Source of the DNA: a virus
Reading direction: 5' to 3' (one strand)
Virus record (IMG/VR): IMGVR_UViG_3300009365_000061
Length of the DNA: 49,590 nt
Shown here: piece after piece, positions 40,064-48,174 of the stretch
Position numbering within the stretch: the first letter of the stretch is position 1
Layout: the number at the start of each line of letters is the position of its first letter
Notes under the pieces: model-generated
Database searches by the model: none
Told to the model about the DNA's origin: nothing
What the model saw: the letters and a program-made list of their open reading frames with translations, nothing else
Position numbers and translations under genes: made by a program

Positions 40064-40312
40064 ATGACAGGCAAAACCACCAACCATTCGACTGTAGCCA
40101 TTGACCTGGATGTGGCAACCGCCCTCCGGGCCACCGCCGATTCCAAGGGACTGCAAATCAAGGACTTGGCAGCCGAGTGTCTGTTGGCCCACCCCGAAGT
40201 TTTTGAATCCTATAAAAGCATCCTGCGGGAAAAGGGCGAATCGACCCTGGAGCTTCGAAGGCCCCGGTTCGACGACCTCTTCAAAGACGACCTGTTCAAT
40301 CCTCAGAAATAG
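40064..40312 (+). CDS. ribbon-helix-helix (CopG/Arc-like) DNA-binding protein
   Basis: STVAIDLDVATALRATADSKGLQIKDLAAECLL shows a beta-strand/helix/helix pattern. ATG at 40064 follows GAGGAA. The track start at 40037 overlaps the putative -10 element. Confidence 0.6.
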   Translation: MTGKTTNHSTVAIDLDVATALRATADSKGLQIKDLAAECLLAHPEVFESYKSILREKGESTLELRRPRFDDLFKDDLFNPQK

Positions 40313-40409
40313 TCGGGAGGGGAGGGTTCACCTCCAATTCCTGTGCAGGTTGTAGGGTTCCGCATCCCCTCGACCGCCCTCCTCTTCCGCATTCTACCAA
40401 GGAGGCGGT

Positions 40410-40742
40410 ATGTTCCGCGATATTCCCGAGGGTGGAGGCCCCGGACCCATTGAAGTTCCCGAAGAAGCCGATGCCATCGAAATCGACGAGCGGAATGTTC
40501 GCCGGATTCGAGAGATGCTCAACAGTGATGGGGTTCCTCAGGACCCCGATGCACTTCTAACCCTGGTCGATTCGATGCTCGGTCATGAGTCTCTTCCTCC
40601 GGAGGAGGCAGCGGAGCAGCAGTATCAGGCCATCAAGGCAAACCTCCTGGCCATGGCAACGGGCAACCTTGCACCGGCCCAGACCATCCTGAACCACGCC
40701 CTGTTTCTTCTGAACATCGTGGAGGAGGGTCGAAGGGGATGA
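40410..40742 (+). CDS. hypothetical protein (110 aa)
   Basis: AAGGAGG RBS 5 nt upstream. No motif recognised. Confidence 0.7.
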   Translation: MFRDIPEGGGPGPIEVPEEADAIEIDERNVRRIREMLNSDGVPQDPDALLTLVDSMLGHESLPPEEAAEQQYQAIKANLLAMATGNLAPAQTILNHALFLLNIVEEGRRG

Positions 40743-40996
40743 CCACACGCAGAGAGGTTGAAGAGGGACTGACCCGGGTCCAGGCAGACATCGACCGGGC
40801 CTTGAAGTATGTGCAGGTGACCCTGGAAGGCAGGGACCCCAAGGACATCGACCACGTCCTGGCAGCCATGCTGGAGCGTGTTCTTGATGAGATAGAGAGG
40901 GCCAATCTCGCCCCGGGCGGGACCCCTCTCTTCGGCGCGGTGAGGGACGCGAGAGATACCCTCAAGGATTACAAAACCCTGAACAAGCTCAGATAG
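40739..40996 (+). CDS. hypothetical protein (85 aa)
   Basis: ATGA overlap with the upstream gene. Confidence 0.65.
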   Translation: MTTRREVEEGLTRVQADIDRALKYVQVTLEGRDPKDIDHVLAAMLERVLDEIERANLAPGGTPLFGAVRDARDTLKDYKTLNKLR

Positions 40997-41011
40997 AGGC
41001 AAAGGAGAGGA

Positions 41012-41251
41012 ATGCCTACCCTGATTGAAAAAAGTGCCATGAGTGCTGGCCAGATGCAATGGCGACCCGATGGAGACATCATCGAAATTCGGAATGGCAA
41101 GGGGAACATCGTGTTCGCCTGTTCGAGGCAGGAGATGGCCAAGTTCATGGCCACCGTCGAAACCCTCAAGGAACTCTCTCCCCCGGAGACCGAGAACCTT
41201 GAACTCGACTTCGAGGAGGGGACCGATGCCAACCCTGGCTCTGGAGATTAA
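41012..41251 (+). CDS. hypothetical protein (79 aa)
   Basis: AAAGGAGAGG RBS. Its 3' end overlaps the annealase start by 26 nt. Confidence 0.6.
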   Translation: MPTLIEKSAMSAGQMQWRPDGDIIEIRNGKGNIVFACSRQEMAKFMATVETLKELSPPETENLELDFEEGTDANPGSGD

Positions 41252-42296
41252 CCAAGAACACTCCACCTCCAGGCTCATGAACAAGCTGGTGGCCCCCTTC
41301 GACCCGAGGGACATTGAACATCGTGTCTTGAGGAAGGGCCTGAAAAAGAACGGTGACCCCTGGGCCATGGTTCTGGCCTATGTGACCAATCGAGCCATCC
41401 AGCGCAGGTTCGACAATGTGTTCGGCTGCAACGGCTGGAAGAATGAATTCCGGTATGAGGCCCGAAAGGAGTATCGGAACCTGGATGTGGACAAGGCCCT
41501 CTACCTGGAGGGTGGCCACCTCGTCCCGAAGCGCAAGCGGGGAAGGAATGATGATTCAGTCTTGACCGTTCGCGTGGAGGAGGAGGTGGTGGATGTCCTG
41601 TGTGGCATCTCCGTGTGGGATGGTGCCATTGGGGAGTGGGTGACCAAGTGGGACGGAGGCCCCCAGAGTGACTTCGAGGCCACCAAGGGTGGCCTGTCCG
41701 GTGCCCAGAAGAGGGCCGCAGTTGAATGGGGAGTCGGTCGATACCTCTATGACCTGGAGGAATCCTTCGCGGTTTGCACCAAGAAGAAAACCGACTACTG
41801 CACCCACCGAGACACCATCTACAAGGATGGGGAGTGGGTCGCGTTCTGGTGGGGGCCTCCGGCCCTGCCCGAATGGGCACAACCCACTGAATGGTCCGAT
41901 GCCGGATACCCCAAGAAGAAGGAAGAGGCTCCGGTCGTCTCCGAGAAGAAGAAGGAGGAGGCCGAGAACTTCGAACTCGACGGAGGGGCCAAGGGACCCG
42001 AGGAGATTCTTCCTTGGGAGCAGCCCCCGCCGCCGAAGGATGGCGAGATTCCCCAGGCAGGGGATGATGGGTATGCCACCCGTAGGCAGATGGGGTATCT
42101 CTGGGGTCTGATGAAGAAGAAGAAGTATGCCGAGAACCCTATCACCACCAAGGCACAAGCCTGGGTCGACGAGGGTCGAGAGAAGAAGGAGGCGGGCCAC
42201 CCTGCCGGGACCAAGCTCGATGCCCCCGTTCTCTCCGAGGCAGAATTCGAACGGCTCAAGGACTTCCTTGATGCCTGTCCATTGAAAGAGACATAA
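41226..42296 (+). CDS. Rad52/Sak-type single-strand annealing protein
   Basis: LAYVTNRAIQRRFDNVFGCNGWKNEF and KGGLSGAQKRAAVEWGVGRYLYDL match the Rad52_Rad22 family pattern. The track start at 41043 lies inside the previous gene. Confidence 0.7.
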   Translation: MPTLALEINQEHSTSRLMNKLVAPFDPRDIEHRVLRKGLKKNGDPWAMVLAYVTNRAIQRRFDNVFGCNGWKNEFRYEARKEYRNLDVDKALYLEGGHLVPKRKRGRNDDSVLTVRVEEEVVDVLCGISVWDGAIGEWVTKWDGGPQSDFEATKGGLSGAQKRAAVEWGVGRYLYDLEESFAVCTKKKTDYCTHRDTIYKDGEWVAFWWGPPALPEWAQPTEWSDAGYPKKKEEAPVVSEKKKEEAENFELDGGAKGPEEILPWEQPPPPKDGEIPQAGDDGYATRRQMGYLWGLMKKKKYAENPITTKAQAWVDEGREKKEAGHPAGTKLDAPVLSEAEFERLKDFLDACPLKET

Positions 42297-42402
42297 TCGG
42301 AATCCGGGCCAGGGTGAGGGTTTACGCATCAACCCAAGCCTCCATCTCCGGTTCGGGGGTCCTAAAGGCCCTGGATAGGGACCCTCATTTTGAAGGAGAG
42401 CC

Positions 42403-42570
42403 ATGACAGAGGCCGAGAGAAATCTTCTGTATAGCGAGATTGAGAATGTGGAGGACATCAACACCCGCGTTGCCCTTCGGAAACTCCTGGTCTATTGCGT
42501 GGAACTCGAAAGGAAATGGCTGAAAGACCGGAGGAAGCTCCGGGACCTACAACAGTTTGCAAGGAGGTAG
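42403..42570 (+). CDS. hypothetical small protein (55 aa, below ORF-track cutoff)
   Basis: GAAGGAG RBS. Hand translation: MTEAERNLLYSEIENVEDINTRVALRKLLVYCVELERKWLKDRRKLRDLQQFARR*. Ends 4 nt before the ssb ATG. Confidence 0.5.
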   Translation: MTEAERNLLYSEIENVEDINTRVALRKLLVYCVELERKWLKDRRKLRDLQQFARR

Positions 42571-42574
42571 TGTG

Positions 42575-43027
42575 ATGGCTGGCATGAACAAGGCTATCAT
42601 CCTGGGGAATCTTGGACAGGACCCCAAAAGAATCGAAACCAAGAACGACACGGTCATGTGCCGGTTCTCTCTGGCCACCTCGGAGAAGAGGAAGGACCAG
42701 GAGTTTACCGAATGGCACAACATCGTGTGTTTCGGCAAGACCGCCGAGTTGGTCTTGAAGTATGTGCAGAAGGGGAGACAGCTTCTAGTCGAAGGGTCTC
42801 TCCGGACCACGAAGTGGGATGACAAAGAGACCGGGCAGACCCGGTACAGGACCGAGATTACCGCCCATCGGGTGACTTTCGTCGGTCGAAAGGGGGACGG
42901 GGACCAGGATGGGAGTCCCCCCGGAGGCCAGGAAGAAATGTTTTCCGAAGGGCGGGTTTCATCTCCCCAAGGGGCAAGCGGAGGACAGGCACCCCCTCCC
43001 GACGAGGACGACGACCTGCCCTTCTAA
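42575..43027 (+). CDS. ssb: single-stranded DNA-binding protein
   Basis: MAGMNKAIILGNLGQDPK, TEWHNIVCFGKTAE, VEGSLRTTKWDDKETGQTRYRTEI, a Gly/Pro-rich linker and the C-terminal DEDDDLPF tip. AAGGAGG lies 7 nt upstream. Confidence 0.9.
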   Translation: MAGMNKAIILGNLGQDPKRIETKNDTVMCRFSLATSEKRKDQEFTEWHNIVCFGKTAELVLKYVQKGRQLLVEGSLRTTKWDDKETGQTRYRTEITAHRVTFVGRKGDGDQDGSPPGGQEEMFSEGRVSSPQGASGGQAPPPDEDDDLPF

Positions 43028-43087
43028 CATGAGATGCTTGGGGACGGCCCCCTTCATGTCGAGGGGGGCCACTTTATGGAGGGTAGA

Positions 43088-43177
43088 ATGAAACAGAACA
43101 CCTTGGCCAGAGTGGTATTCCATGCAGCCTACGGGCTGCTCCTGCTCCTGGCCCTTTTCTGGGGCCTGATGAGATGA
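43088..43177 (+). CDS. possible 29-aa transmembrane peptide
   Basis: GGAGGG lies 4 nt upstream. Encodes MKQNTLARVVFHAAYGLLLLLALFWGLMR*. Its stop overlaps the next ATG (ATGA). Confidence 0.35.
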   Translation: MKQNTLARVVFHAAYGLLLLLALFWGLMR

Positions 43178-43668
43178 GCAGTATCGTCGACACCGATGCC
43201 TTCAAGAGTGGGATGTCTGCCGAACAGAGATGGTCCACATGGCATCAGTCGATGTTCAAGAGGGACCTCGTCCACATCGAGGATATGGATGGGGTCCCTC
43301 GTCATTGTTGGGATTACATCGACAAGGCTTCCGGCACCTCCTATGAGGTGAAGTTCGATGAGGCTTCCGGCAAGACCGGGAACATCTGTATCGAGCTACA
43401 TGGGAAACACCGGGGGGCGACCGGCCTCCTCTCTTCCCTGGCCACCTACTATGTCTACATCACACCTGAAGAAGGGGGGCATGGGGTTCACTACTACAAG
43501 CGTGAACACCTTCTGGATTTCTGGTATCGGCATCTGATGACGGGGGACCACCAAGGCCATGGGTATGTCATGGTCGAGAGGGATGCACCCGCATTCTGCT
43601 GGCTAATTCGGAAGGACATTCTCCATGCCCAGGTCGCTGTGAAGTCCTTCTATGCCGACCTCCGGTAA
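43174..43668 (+). CDS. PD-(D/E)XK-like nuclease (putative)
   Basis: DYIDKASGTSYEVKFDE provides a D...E-x-K arrangement. Neighbourhood includes the annealase, SSB and resolvase genes. Weak assignment. Confidence 0.3.
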   Translation: MSSIVDTDAFKSGMSAEQRWSTWHQSMFKRDLVHIEDMDGVPRHCWDYIDKASGTSYEVKFDEASGKTGNICIELHGKHRGATGLLSSLATYYVYITPEEGGHGVHYYKREHLLDFWYRHLMTGDHQGHGYVMVERDAPAFCWLIRKDILHAQVAVKSFYADLR

Positions 43669-44407
43669 CCCCCAACTCGAAAATGGCTTCCTCCGAATAG
43701 CCAATGAACTCTACGAAACCCTGACCGCCATGCCCCTGACCGCCAGGGAATACAAGGTCATCCTCGCCATCATCCGAATCACCTATGGGTGGGGTCGGAA
43801 GGTGGCACCCTACCAGGGGGGCCTCCTGGCCCAGATGACAGGCCTGGACCCTGCCAATATCTCCCGAACCTGCCGAGACCTTGCCTCGAAGAATGTCCTG
43901 CAATTCTACCGAGCCCCCACTCAGTCCACGGAAAAGCCAGCAGAGGGGGAGGTGACTCAGTCCACGGAAATTCCCGTTTCATACCGGGGGCGTTTCGTCG
44001 GCCTGAACAAACACTACCTTGACTGGAATCTCGGTAGTGTCAATATGACCGTGGCATCCGAACTGATGACTCAGTTAGGGGCTGCGGGATACGAATTCAC
44101 CGAGGGGCTGACCCCGGTTGAGTGGGCCACACTGACCGGATGGATAGCCTCGGTGGGGATGGAGCCTTTCATCCTGGCCGTGAAGAGGCGATATGCTCGG
44201 GTCCAACCCGACTCCCTGGCCTACTTCATGACCCCCTCACGGGGGCGCATCTCGGCCTTCGAGGATGCCTACTTCAAGGCGAAGGAGGCCCAATGGCAGG
44301 AACAGAAGAGTATGGAGGAGCAGTTTTTCTCCGAAAGAAGTGGGGAGTTGGAACCCTTGCAAGTCACCTTGGAACGGATTTTACCGGACGGGTCTGGGTC
44401 GGAGTAG
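43652..44407 (+). CDS. replication initiator, lambda O-like N-terminal domain
   Basis: NGFLRIANELYETLTAMPLTAREYKVILAIIRITYGWGRKVAPYQGGLLAQMTGLDPANISRTCRDLASKNVL matches the Phage_rep_O pattern. Iteron-like repeats lie inside the gene. Confidence 0.6.
   Translation: MPTSGNPQLENGFLRIANELYETLTAMPLTAREYKVILAIIRITYGWGRKVAPYQGGLLAQMTGLDPANISRTCRDLASKNVLQFYRAPTQSTEKPAEGEVTQSTEIPVSYRGRFVGLNKHYLDWNLGSVNMTVASELMTQLGAAGYEFTEGLTPVEWATLTGWIASVGMEPFILAVKRRYARVQPDSLAYFMTPSRGRISAFEDAYFKAKEAQWQEQKSMEEQFFSERSGELEPLQVTLERILPDGSGSE
43919..43970 (+). repeat. two 16-bp direct repeats ACTCAGTCCACGGAAA (iteron-like) inside the O-like gene
   Basis: Copies at 43919-43934 and 43955-43970 (36-bp period). They encode the duplicated peptide TQSTE. 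Confidence 0.7.
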
Positions 44408-44859
44408 ACCCCTCCTCGGCGAAGGGCCACCTCGTCACATTTCTCCCAGAGGGGCGACCGCCCCTTTCCTTGAATGTTTCCAACACAGTGGAATCCTACC
44501 TGAAGTTCATCGGCATGATGAGGGGCGTGGCCAAGAGTGGGTTCTTCCCGGCTATCATGGAGAACCAGTTCCTCGGGAAAGGCTCGAAGATGAACCCGAA
44601 GAGTTTTGCATCGCTCGTCCGGGGTAGGTCGAGGATGGAGTTGGCCTTGGAGATGTGTGGAGTGGAGGTGCAGATGACCGCCCCCGCATCGTGGCAATCC
44701 AGGACACTCCGATGCCCCAGGAACATGAAGAGTGAGGGGCGGAAATGGGCGGCGAAGAACCTCACCCAACAACTCACCGGCCACCAGGGCAAGCTCTCCT
44801 TCGATGAGGCCGACTCCTTCTGCATGGCACTCTACGGGAGGCACCATCAAACTCTTTGA
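44293..44859 (+). CDS. RuvC-like Holliday junction resolvase
   Basis: VGVDPSSAKG, AIMENQF and FDEADSFCMALYG fit the RuvC acidic-residue motifs. The ATG at 44293 lies 4 nt after GAAGGAGG. Overlaps the O-like gene by 115 nt. Confidence 0.6.
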   Translation: MAGTEEYGGAVFLRKKWGVGTLASHLGTDFTGRVWVGVDPSSAKGHLVTFLPEGRPPLSLNVSNTVESYLKFIGMMRGVAKSGFFPAIMENQFLGKGSKMNPKSFASLVRGRSRMELALEMCGVEVQMTAPASWQSRTLRCPRNMKSEGRKWAAKNLTQQLTGHQGKLSFDEADSFCMALYGRHHQTL

Positions 44860-44884
44860 CAATATATTCAGGCTGTGATAGATT
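44856..44884 (+). promoter_or_regulatory. sigma70-like promoter with extended -10
   Basis: TTGACA (44856-44861), 17 nt, TGaTAGATT (-10 at 44879-44884). Confidence 0.55.
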
Positions 44885-44913
44885 CCGATTGTATCTTAGA
44901 AAGGAGGACCCGT

Positions 44914-45219
44914 ATGAAACGGGAAGAGAGGGTCGAACAGACCCTACTTGCCTATGACAGGCTCCATGATGAGACAAGCTATCCACCCACCTATGCAGAA
45001 CTGGCCAACGAAATGGGATGTTCCCATGCGACAGCCTATTCTGCGGTGGTTCGATGCCGTCTCGATGGATTCATGAGGGACGCGGCCACGGTGCCCCGAG
45101 CATCCAGGTCAATCGTCCTCACCCCTGAGGGGCGGAAGATGGTCTCCAAGATTCGGAGGCGCACCCTGAAAAAGACGGTCAAGAAGGCCGCGAAAAAGAA
45201 GGGAACAAAAAAGAAGTGA
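44914..45219 (+). CDS. LexA-type winged-helix DNA-binding protein with Lys-rich C-terminal tail
   Basis: AAAGGAGG lies 6 nt upstream. YPPTYAELANEMGCSHATAYSAVVRCRLDGFMRD...RSIVLT fits the LexA_DNA_bind pattern. C-terminus RRRTLKKTVKKAAKKKGTKKK. Confidence 0.6.
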   Translation: MKREERVEQTLLAYDRLHDETSYPPTYAELANEMGCSHATAYSAVVRCRLDGFMRDAATVPRASRSIVLTPEGRKMVSKIRRRTLKKTVKKAAKKKGTKKK

Positions 45220-45650
45220 CCAGTGGGGTCGAAGGATTGACGAATGCCCACATGATGGGTGGCGTGGAACTCACCGATGACCAACTCCTGGTGTTCCGTT
45301 CGTTGGGGACCAAGGTGCGTGAGAAGTTTGGTGTGAAGGTGGACAACCTGAACATCGTCACCGCCGATGACTTCGACGGAGACACCTGCATCTATCTTGT
45401 AGGTGGTGCGCCGGGAGAGGACGGAGGGAGGTGGTTCGTGTTGGCCGAGTTCCCGAAGGCCACCGAGCTACACCATGCCGAGGACCCGGAGTGTGGTTGT
45501 CTGGGATGTCGAGTTGGTAGAGACCCTGTCGCCTTCATCCATGTATGTGCTACCCGTCCTCCCCAGGGTGGCATCTACGAGGCTACAATCTTGAATGCCA
45601 GGGAGGGACTTCATGAAAGAGTCGAAATCCAAAGGCGCGAACCCTCTTAA
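45216..45650 (+). CDS. hypothetical protein (144 aa)
   Basis: GTGA overlap with the upstream stop. Contains ECGCLGC. No family recognised. Confidence 0.55.
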   Translation: MTSGVEGLTNAHMMGGVELTDDQLLVFRSLGTKVREKFGVKVDNLNIVTADDFDGDTCIYLVGGAPGEDGGRWFVLAEFPKATELHHAEDPECGCLGCRVGRDPVAFIHVCATRPPQGGIYEATILNAREGLHERVEIQRREPS

Positions 45651-45756
45651 AGGGGTTTTCGCCATCGTCGACCTTATCGGATGGGGACTGGCGGCCATGT
45701 TGGCCATCTTCGCCATCGGTGCAAAGAAGTACGACCCCTGGGACGGGGAGAAATAA
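45613..45756 (+). CDS. small membrane protein (47 aa, below ORF-track cutoff)
   Basis: GGGAGGG lies 5 nt upstream. Encodes MKESKSKGANPLKGVFAIVDLIGWGLAAMLAIFAIGAKKYDPWDGEK*. Followed by a terminator hairpin. Confidence 0.5.
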   Translation: MKESKSKGANPLKGVFAIVDLIGWGLAAMLAIFAIGAKKYDPWDGEK

Positions 45757-45782
45757 ACCTCGTCCCTTCCTTTATTATATAT

Positions 45783-45811
45783 AGGCCCCCAGGCACCTCG
45801 TCTGGGGGCCT
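45783..45811 (+). terminator. hairpin terminator
   Basis: AGGCCCCCAG (45783-45792), 9-nt loop, CTGGGGGCCT (45802-45811). AT-rich flanks. Sits between the operon end and the next promoter. Confidence 0.5.
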
Positions 45812-45822
45812 AATCATTTATG

Positions 45823-45851
45823 TTGACAATCCATTCGGACTGTGATACCAT
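45823..45851 (+). promoter_or_regulatory. sigma70-like promoter with extended -10
   Basis: TTGACA (45823-45828), 17 nt, TGaTACCAT (-10 at 45846-45851). Spacer ATCCATTCGGACTGTGA is nearly identical to that of 5249..5277. Confidence 0.55.
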
Positions 45852-45892
45852 CCAGAAGAATCAAGACAGGACAAGTTTGGAAAGGAAACCAA

Positions 45893-46324
45893 ATGACTTT
45901 TAGGAATGACACTCCACCCGCCGAATGGTATGAGCCAGATGAAATCGTAGAAGATTTCTGGGAGGGTCGTGACATTTGGTGGGTGGAACAGGCCGTCTAC
46001 AGGGCAGAGGTCCTGGTTAGTGAGGGCAACAACCCCTACTGGTCCTACCTCTCCCGACTGACACATTCCCAACGGTCTGCCCTTTCGGACAGAGTGGGTC
46101 GGGTGGCCAACGAATGGTACATGACCGACGAAATCATCAACACATCACGCGATAAGGAGGAGTTTGAAAACATAGAAGAGTGGTATCGGTTCAAATCGGA
46201 GGTCGATAAGGTAGTGTGGTTTGTCGTGGCAGACACCGAGGACGAAGAAGGCCACCTCATCGTGCCGGATGCAATCGTAGAAGAATTGGCCGAATGGGTC
46301 GTCGGATTAAGGGAGGGCGCATGA
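45893..46324 (+). CDS. hypothetical protein (143 aa)
   Basis: ATG at 45893 lies downstream of the promoter; the track start at 45842 overlaps the -10 element. Trp/Glu-rich. No family recognised. Confidence 0.65.
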   Translation: MTFRNDTPPAEWYEPDEIVEDFWEGRDIWWVEQAVYRAEVLVSEGNNPYWSYLSRLTHSQRSALSDRVGRVANEWYMTDEIINTSRDKEEFENIEEWYRFKSEVDKVVWFVVADTEDEEGHLIVPDAIVEELAEWVVGLREGA

Positions 46325-46752
46325 GTAACAAGGTCCAAATAGATGCGGAACTGGCCAATGTGTATATCCAGTTGGCCAATGGCATCATGCACAAGATGAG
46401 TGCCCTCTTTGCCTACATCAATGACAATGTATCGCCCGCCGTCGGCAAGGTCGGTGGTGTCGCCAAGGAAGGGACCAAAGTCAAGCCCGAGGACACAGTG
46501 GAAATCCTGAAAGTCGCTAAGGACCTCAGTCAGGAGACAACTGCTCTCCTGGATGCGTTACGGGGGGAGATGTCTCTCCTAACGGAATTGGCCGGTGACG
46601 CAGGGACTCTATCCACCATCGGGCAAGCCCTCTTCAACGGAGACACTCTGGCCGACCTTCGGGCGCGAGGCCCGAGGAAATCGGCAGAAGAAGTTGTATC
46701 GGATGAAGTATCCCGACTGTTCAATGACATGGACAAGGACACTCAGAACTAG
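46321..46752 (+). CDS. hypothetical protein (143 aa)
   Basis: ATGA overlap with the upstream gene. The track start at 46216 lies inside that gene. Confidence 0.65.
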   Translation: MSNKVQIDAELANVYIQLANGIMHKMSALFAYINDNVSPAVGKVGGVAKEGTKVKPEDTVEILKVAKDLSQETTALLDALRGEMSLLTELAGDAGTLSTIGQALFNGDTLADLRARGPRKSAEEVVSDEVSRLFNDMDKDTQN

Positions 46753-46763
46753 GAGGCAGATTC

Positions 46764-47876
46764 ATGAGTGAAGAACAGAATCCCATTCGGCAGGTTGCCG
46801 ATGCACGGAGGGGGGTGAGAGAACGAATCGAGGCGAACAGGGACAAACTCAATGAGGTGTACGATGAGATGACCAGACTGATGCAGAACAATCTCATCCC
46901 ATCCGAACTTCTTGGGTTGAACATCGACCCCCATTCCGCCGCCGCAGGAGAGGCTTTCCAGGCCTCCACTCATGGCCTTCAGATTTGGAGGCAGCCGGTG
47001 AGGGTTGCCGCCTTCAGGGGAGAGGGTGGGGAGACAGTCAATGTGGACATCCCGTTCAGTTGGGTGTGGGAGAACGCCTCTCCCGGACTCAAACCCTTCC
47101 ATTATGTGGGGGATACCAGCCCTGAACGCGTTCTCGATTCAGCCCTTTCCCTGCATTCGAAGTGCAGCCTGACCGGACCCTACCAACGCGAACATCAGGC
47201 CACCATCCGTGCCATCGAGGCTGCCATCCAGCAAGCCTTCGTGGCCGGTCGTGATGGGGCAACCGCAGTCGATAACCAGGGGAACGGGCACCCGCCCTTC
47301 ACTCACCTCTGGCTCCTCCAGTTGAAACGGAATGTCCTCAGGTGGGATGTCGTGGATGGGGGACTCCAAGAGGTCGAGAGCATCGTGTGGCATCCGGTGG
47401 TCCAGCTTGGGTATGAGGACCGGATTCGTCATGAGCCGTCCACGGCCCACGACAGCGTTGCCCTCACAGAGGAGGAACTGTCGAACATCCCGGTGAATCG
47501 TCGACATCATTGGTACAAGGTCGTCAATGTCCTGGAGTTGAGTCGGGAAAACACCTACGCCGAACTGCACCACCACCTTGGTCGTGGATATGCACGCGCC
47601 GTCGCCAATGACCCGACCTGTGTCCTGGAGATGGCGAATCGCCACCTTCGGGACCACATCCGGGACAACGGGGGCACCATCACTGAGGATGCCCATGAGA
47701 GGGCCGTCACCGCGGCCACGGAAGAGGGCATCAGGGAGGGAGTGCAGTCGGCAATCAACACAATCCGCGTGGTGGACGCGGACTTGGCCGAGAAATTGGC
47801 CACTCGGATGCAGGGAGGCTCATCCGACCCATCCACCGAGGCAGCCTCTACCACAGAAGAAGTGCAGTTATTCTGA
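46764..47876 (+). CDS. hypothetical protein (370 aa)
   Basis: TAGGAGG RBS. Long ORF with a consistent coding look. No family recognised. Confidence 0.75.
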   Translation: MSEEQNPIRQVADARRGVRERIEANRDKLNEVYDEMTRLMQNNLIPSELLGLNIDPHSAAAGEAFQASTHGLQIWRQPVRVAAFRGEGGETVNVDIPFSWVWENASPGLKPFHYVGDTSPERVLDSALSLHSKCSLTGPYQREHQATIRAIEAAIQQAFVAGRDGATAVDNQGNGHPPFTHLWLLQLKRNVLRWDVVDGGLQEVESIVWHPVVQLGYEDRIRHEPSTAHDSVALTEEELSNIPVNRRHHWYKVVNVLELSRENTYAELHHHLGRGYARAVANDPTCVLEMANRHLRDHIRDNGGTITEDAHERAVTAATEEGIREGVQSAINTIRVVDADLAEKLATRMQGGSSDPSTEAASTTEEVQLF

Positions 47877-47888
47877 AAGGAGCCAGTA

Positions 47889-48122
47889 ATGGCTAATCGT
47901 CTGGACCAGATTCTCGAACAGGTAGCCGCCATCACCGAGGAAATCAAGAGCATGAAGGACGAGAAGGAAGAAGATTTCGTCCAGGACTTCATCGACACCA
48001 TCGGTGACAAAGCCGAGGACGGCACCATCAAGACCGAGGACGACCTCTGGGGATTCATCTACCAGGAGTATCGCGCCAAGGTGAAGCCCTATGTGGTACG
48101 CCGGGGAGGGCATATCGCGTAG
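47889..48122 (+). CDS. hypothetical protein (77 aa)
   Basis: AAAGGAG RBS. Followed by a strong terminator. Confidence 0.7.
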   Translation: MANRLDQILEQVAAITEEIKSMKDEKEEDFVQDFIDTIGDKAEDGTIKTEDDLWGFIYQEYRAKVKPYVVRRGGHIA

Positions 48123-48130
48123 GTCGGGTG

Positions 48131-48158
48131 GGGGGGCGAAAGCCCCCCTTTTCTTTTT
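48131..48158 (+). terminator. rho-independent terminator
   Basis: GGGGGGC gaaa GCCCCCC (48131-48148, GNRA-type loop), then ttttcttttt (48149-48158). Confidence 0.8.
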
Positions 48159-48174
48159 CCAATGGAGGAAAGCC

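Noticed and set aside
39326-40192. 288-aa - strand ORF spanning the M15 gene and the repeat region.
   Set aside because: It is antisense to a gene with a clear M15 motif and RBS. It crosses the intergenic repeat cluster and the promoter, and has no RBS.
2319-48174. Upstream-extended starts given by the ORF track (2319, 4207, 8248, 11288, 12440, 41043, 44122, 45842, 46216, 48091).
   Set aside because: Each extension overlaps the preceding gene, a terminator or a promoter. An internal ATG/GTG with a GGAGG-type RBS or an ATGA overlap fits better, so I used the shorter coordinates.
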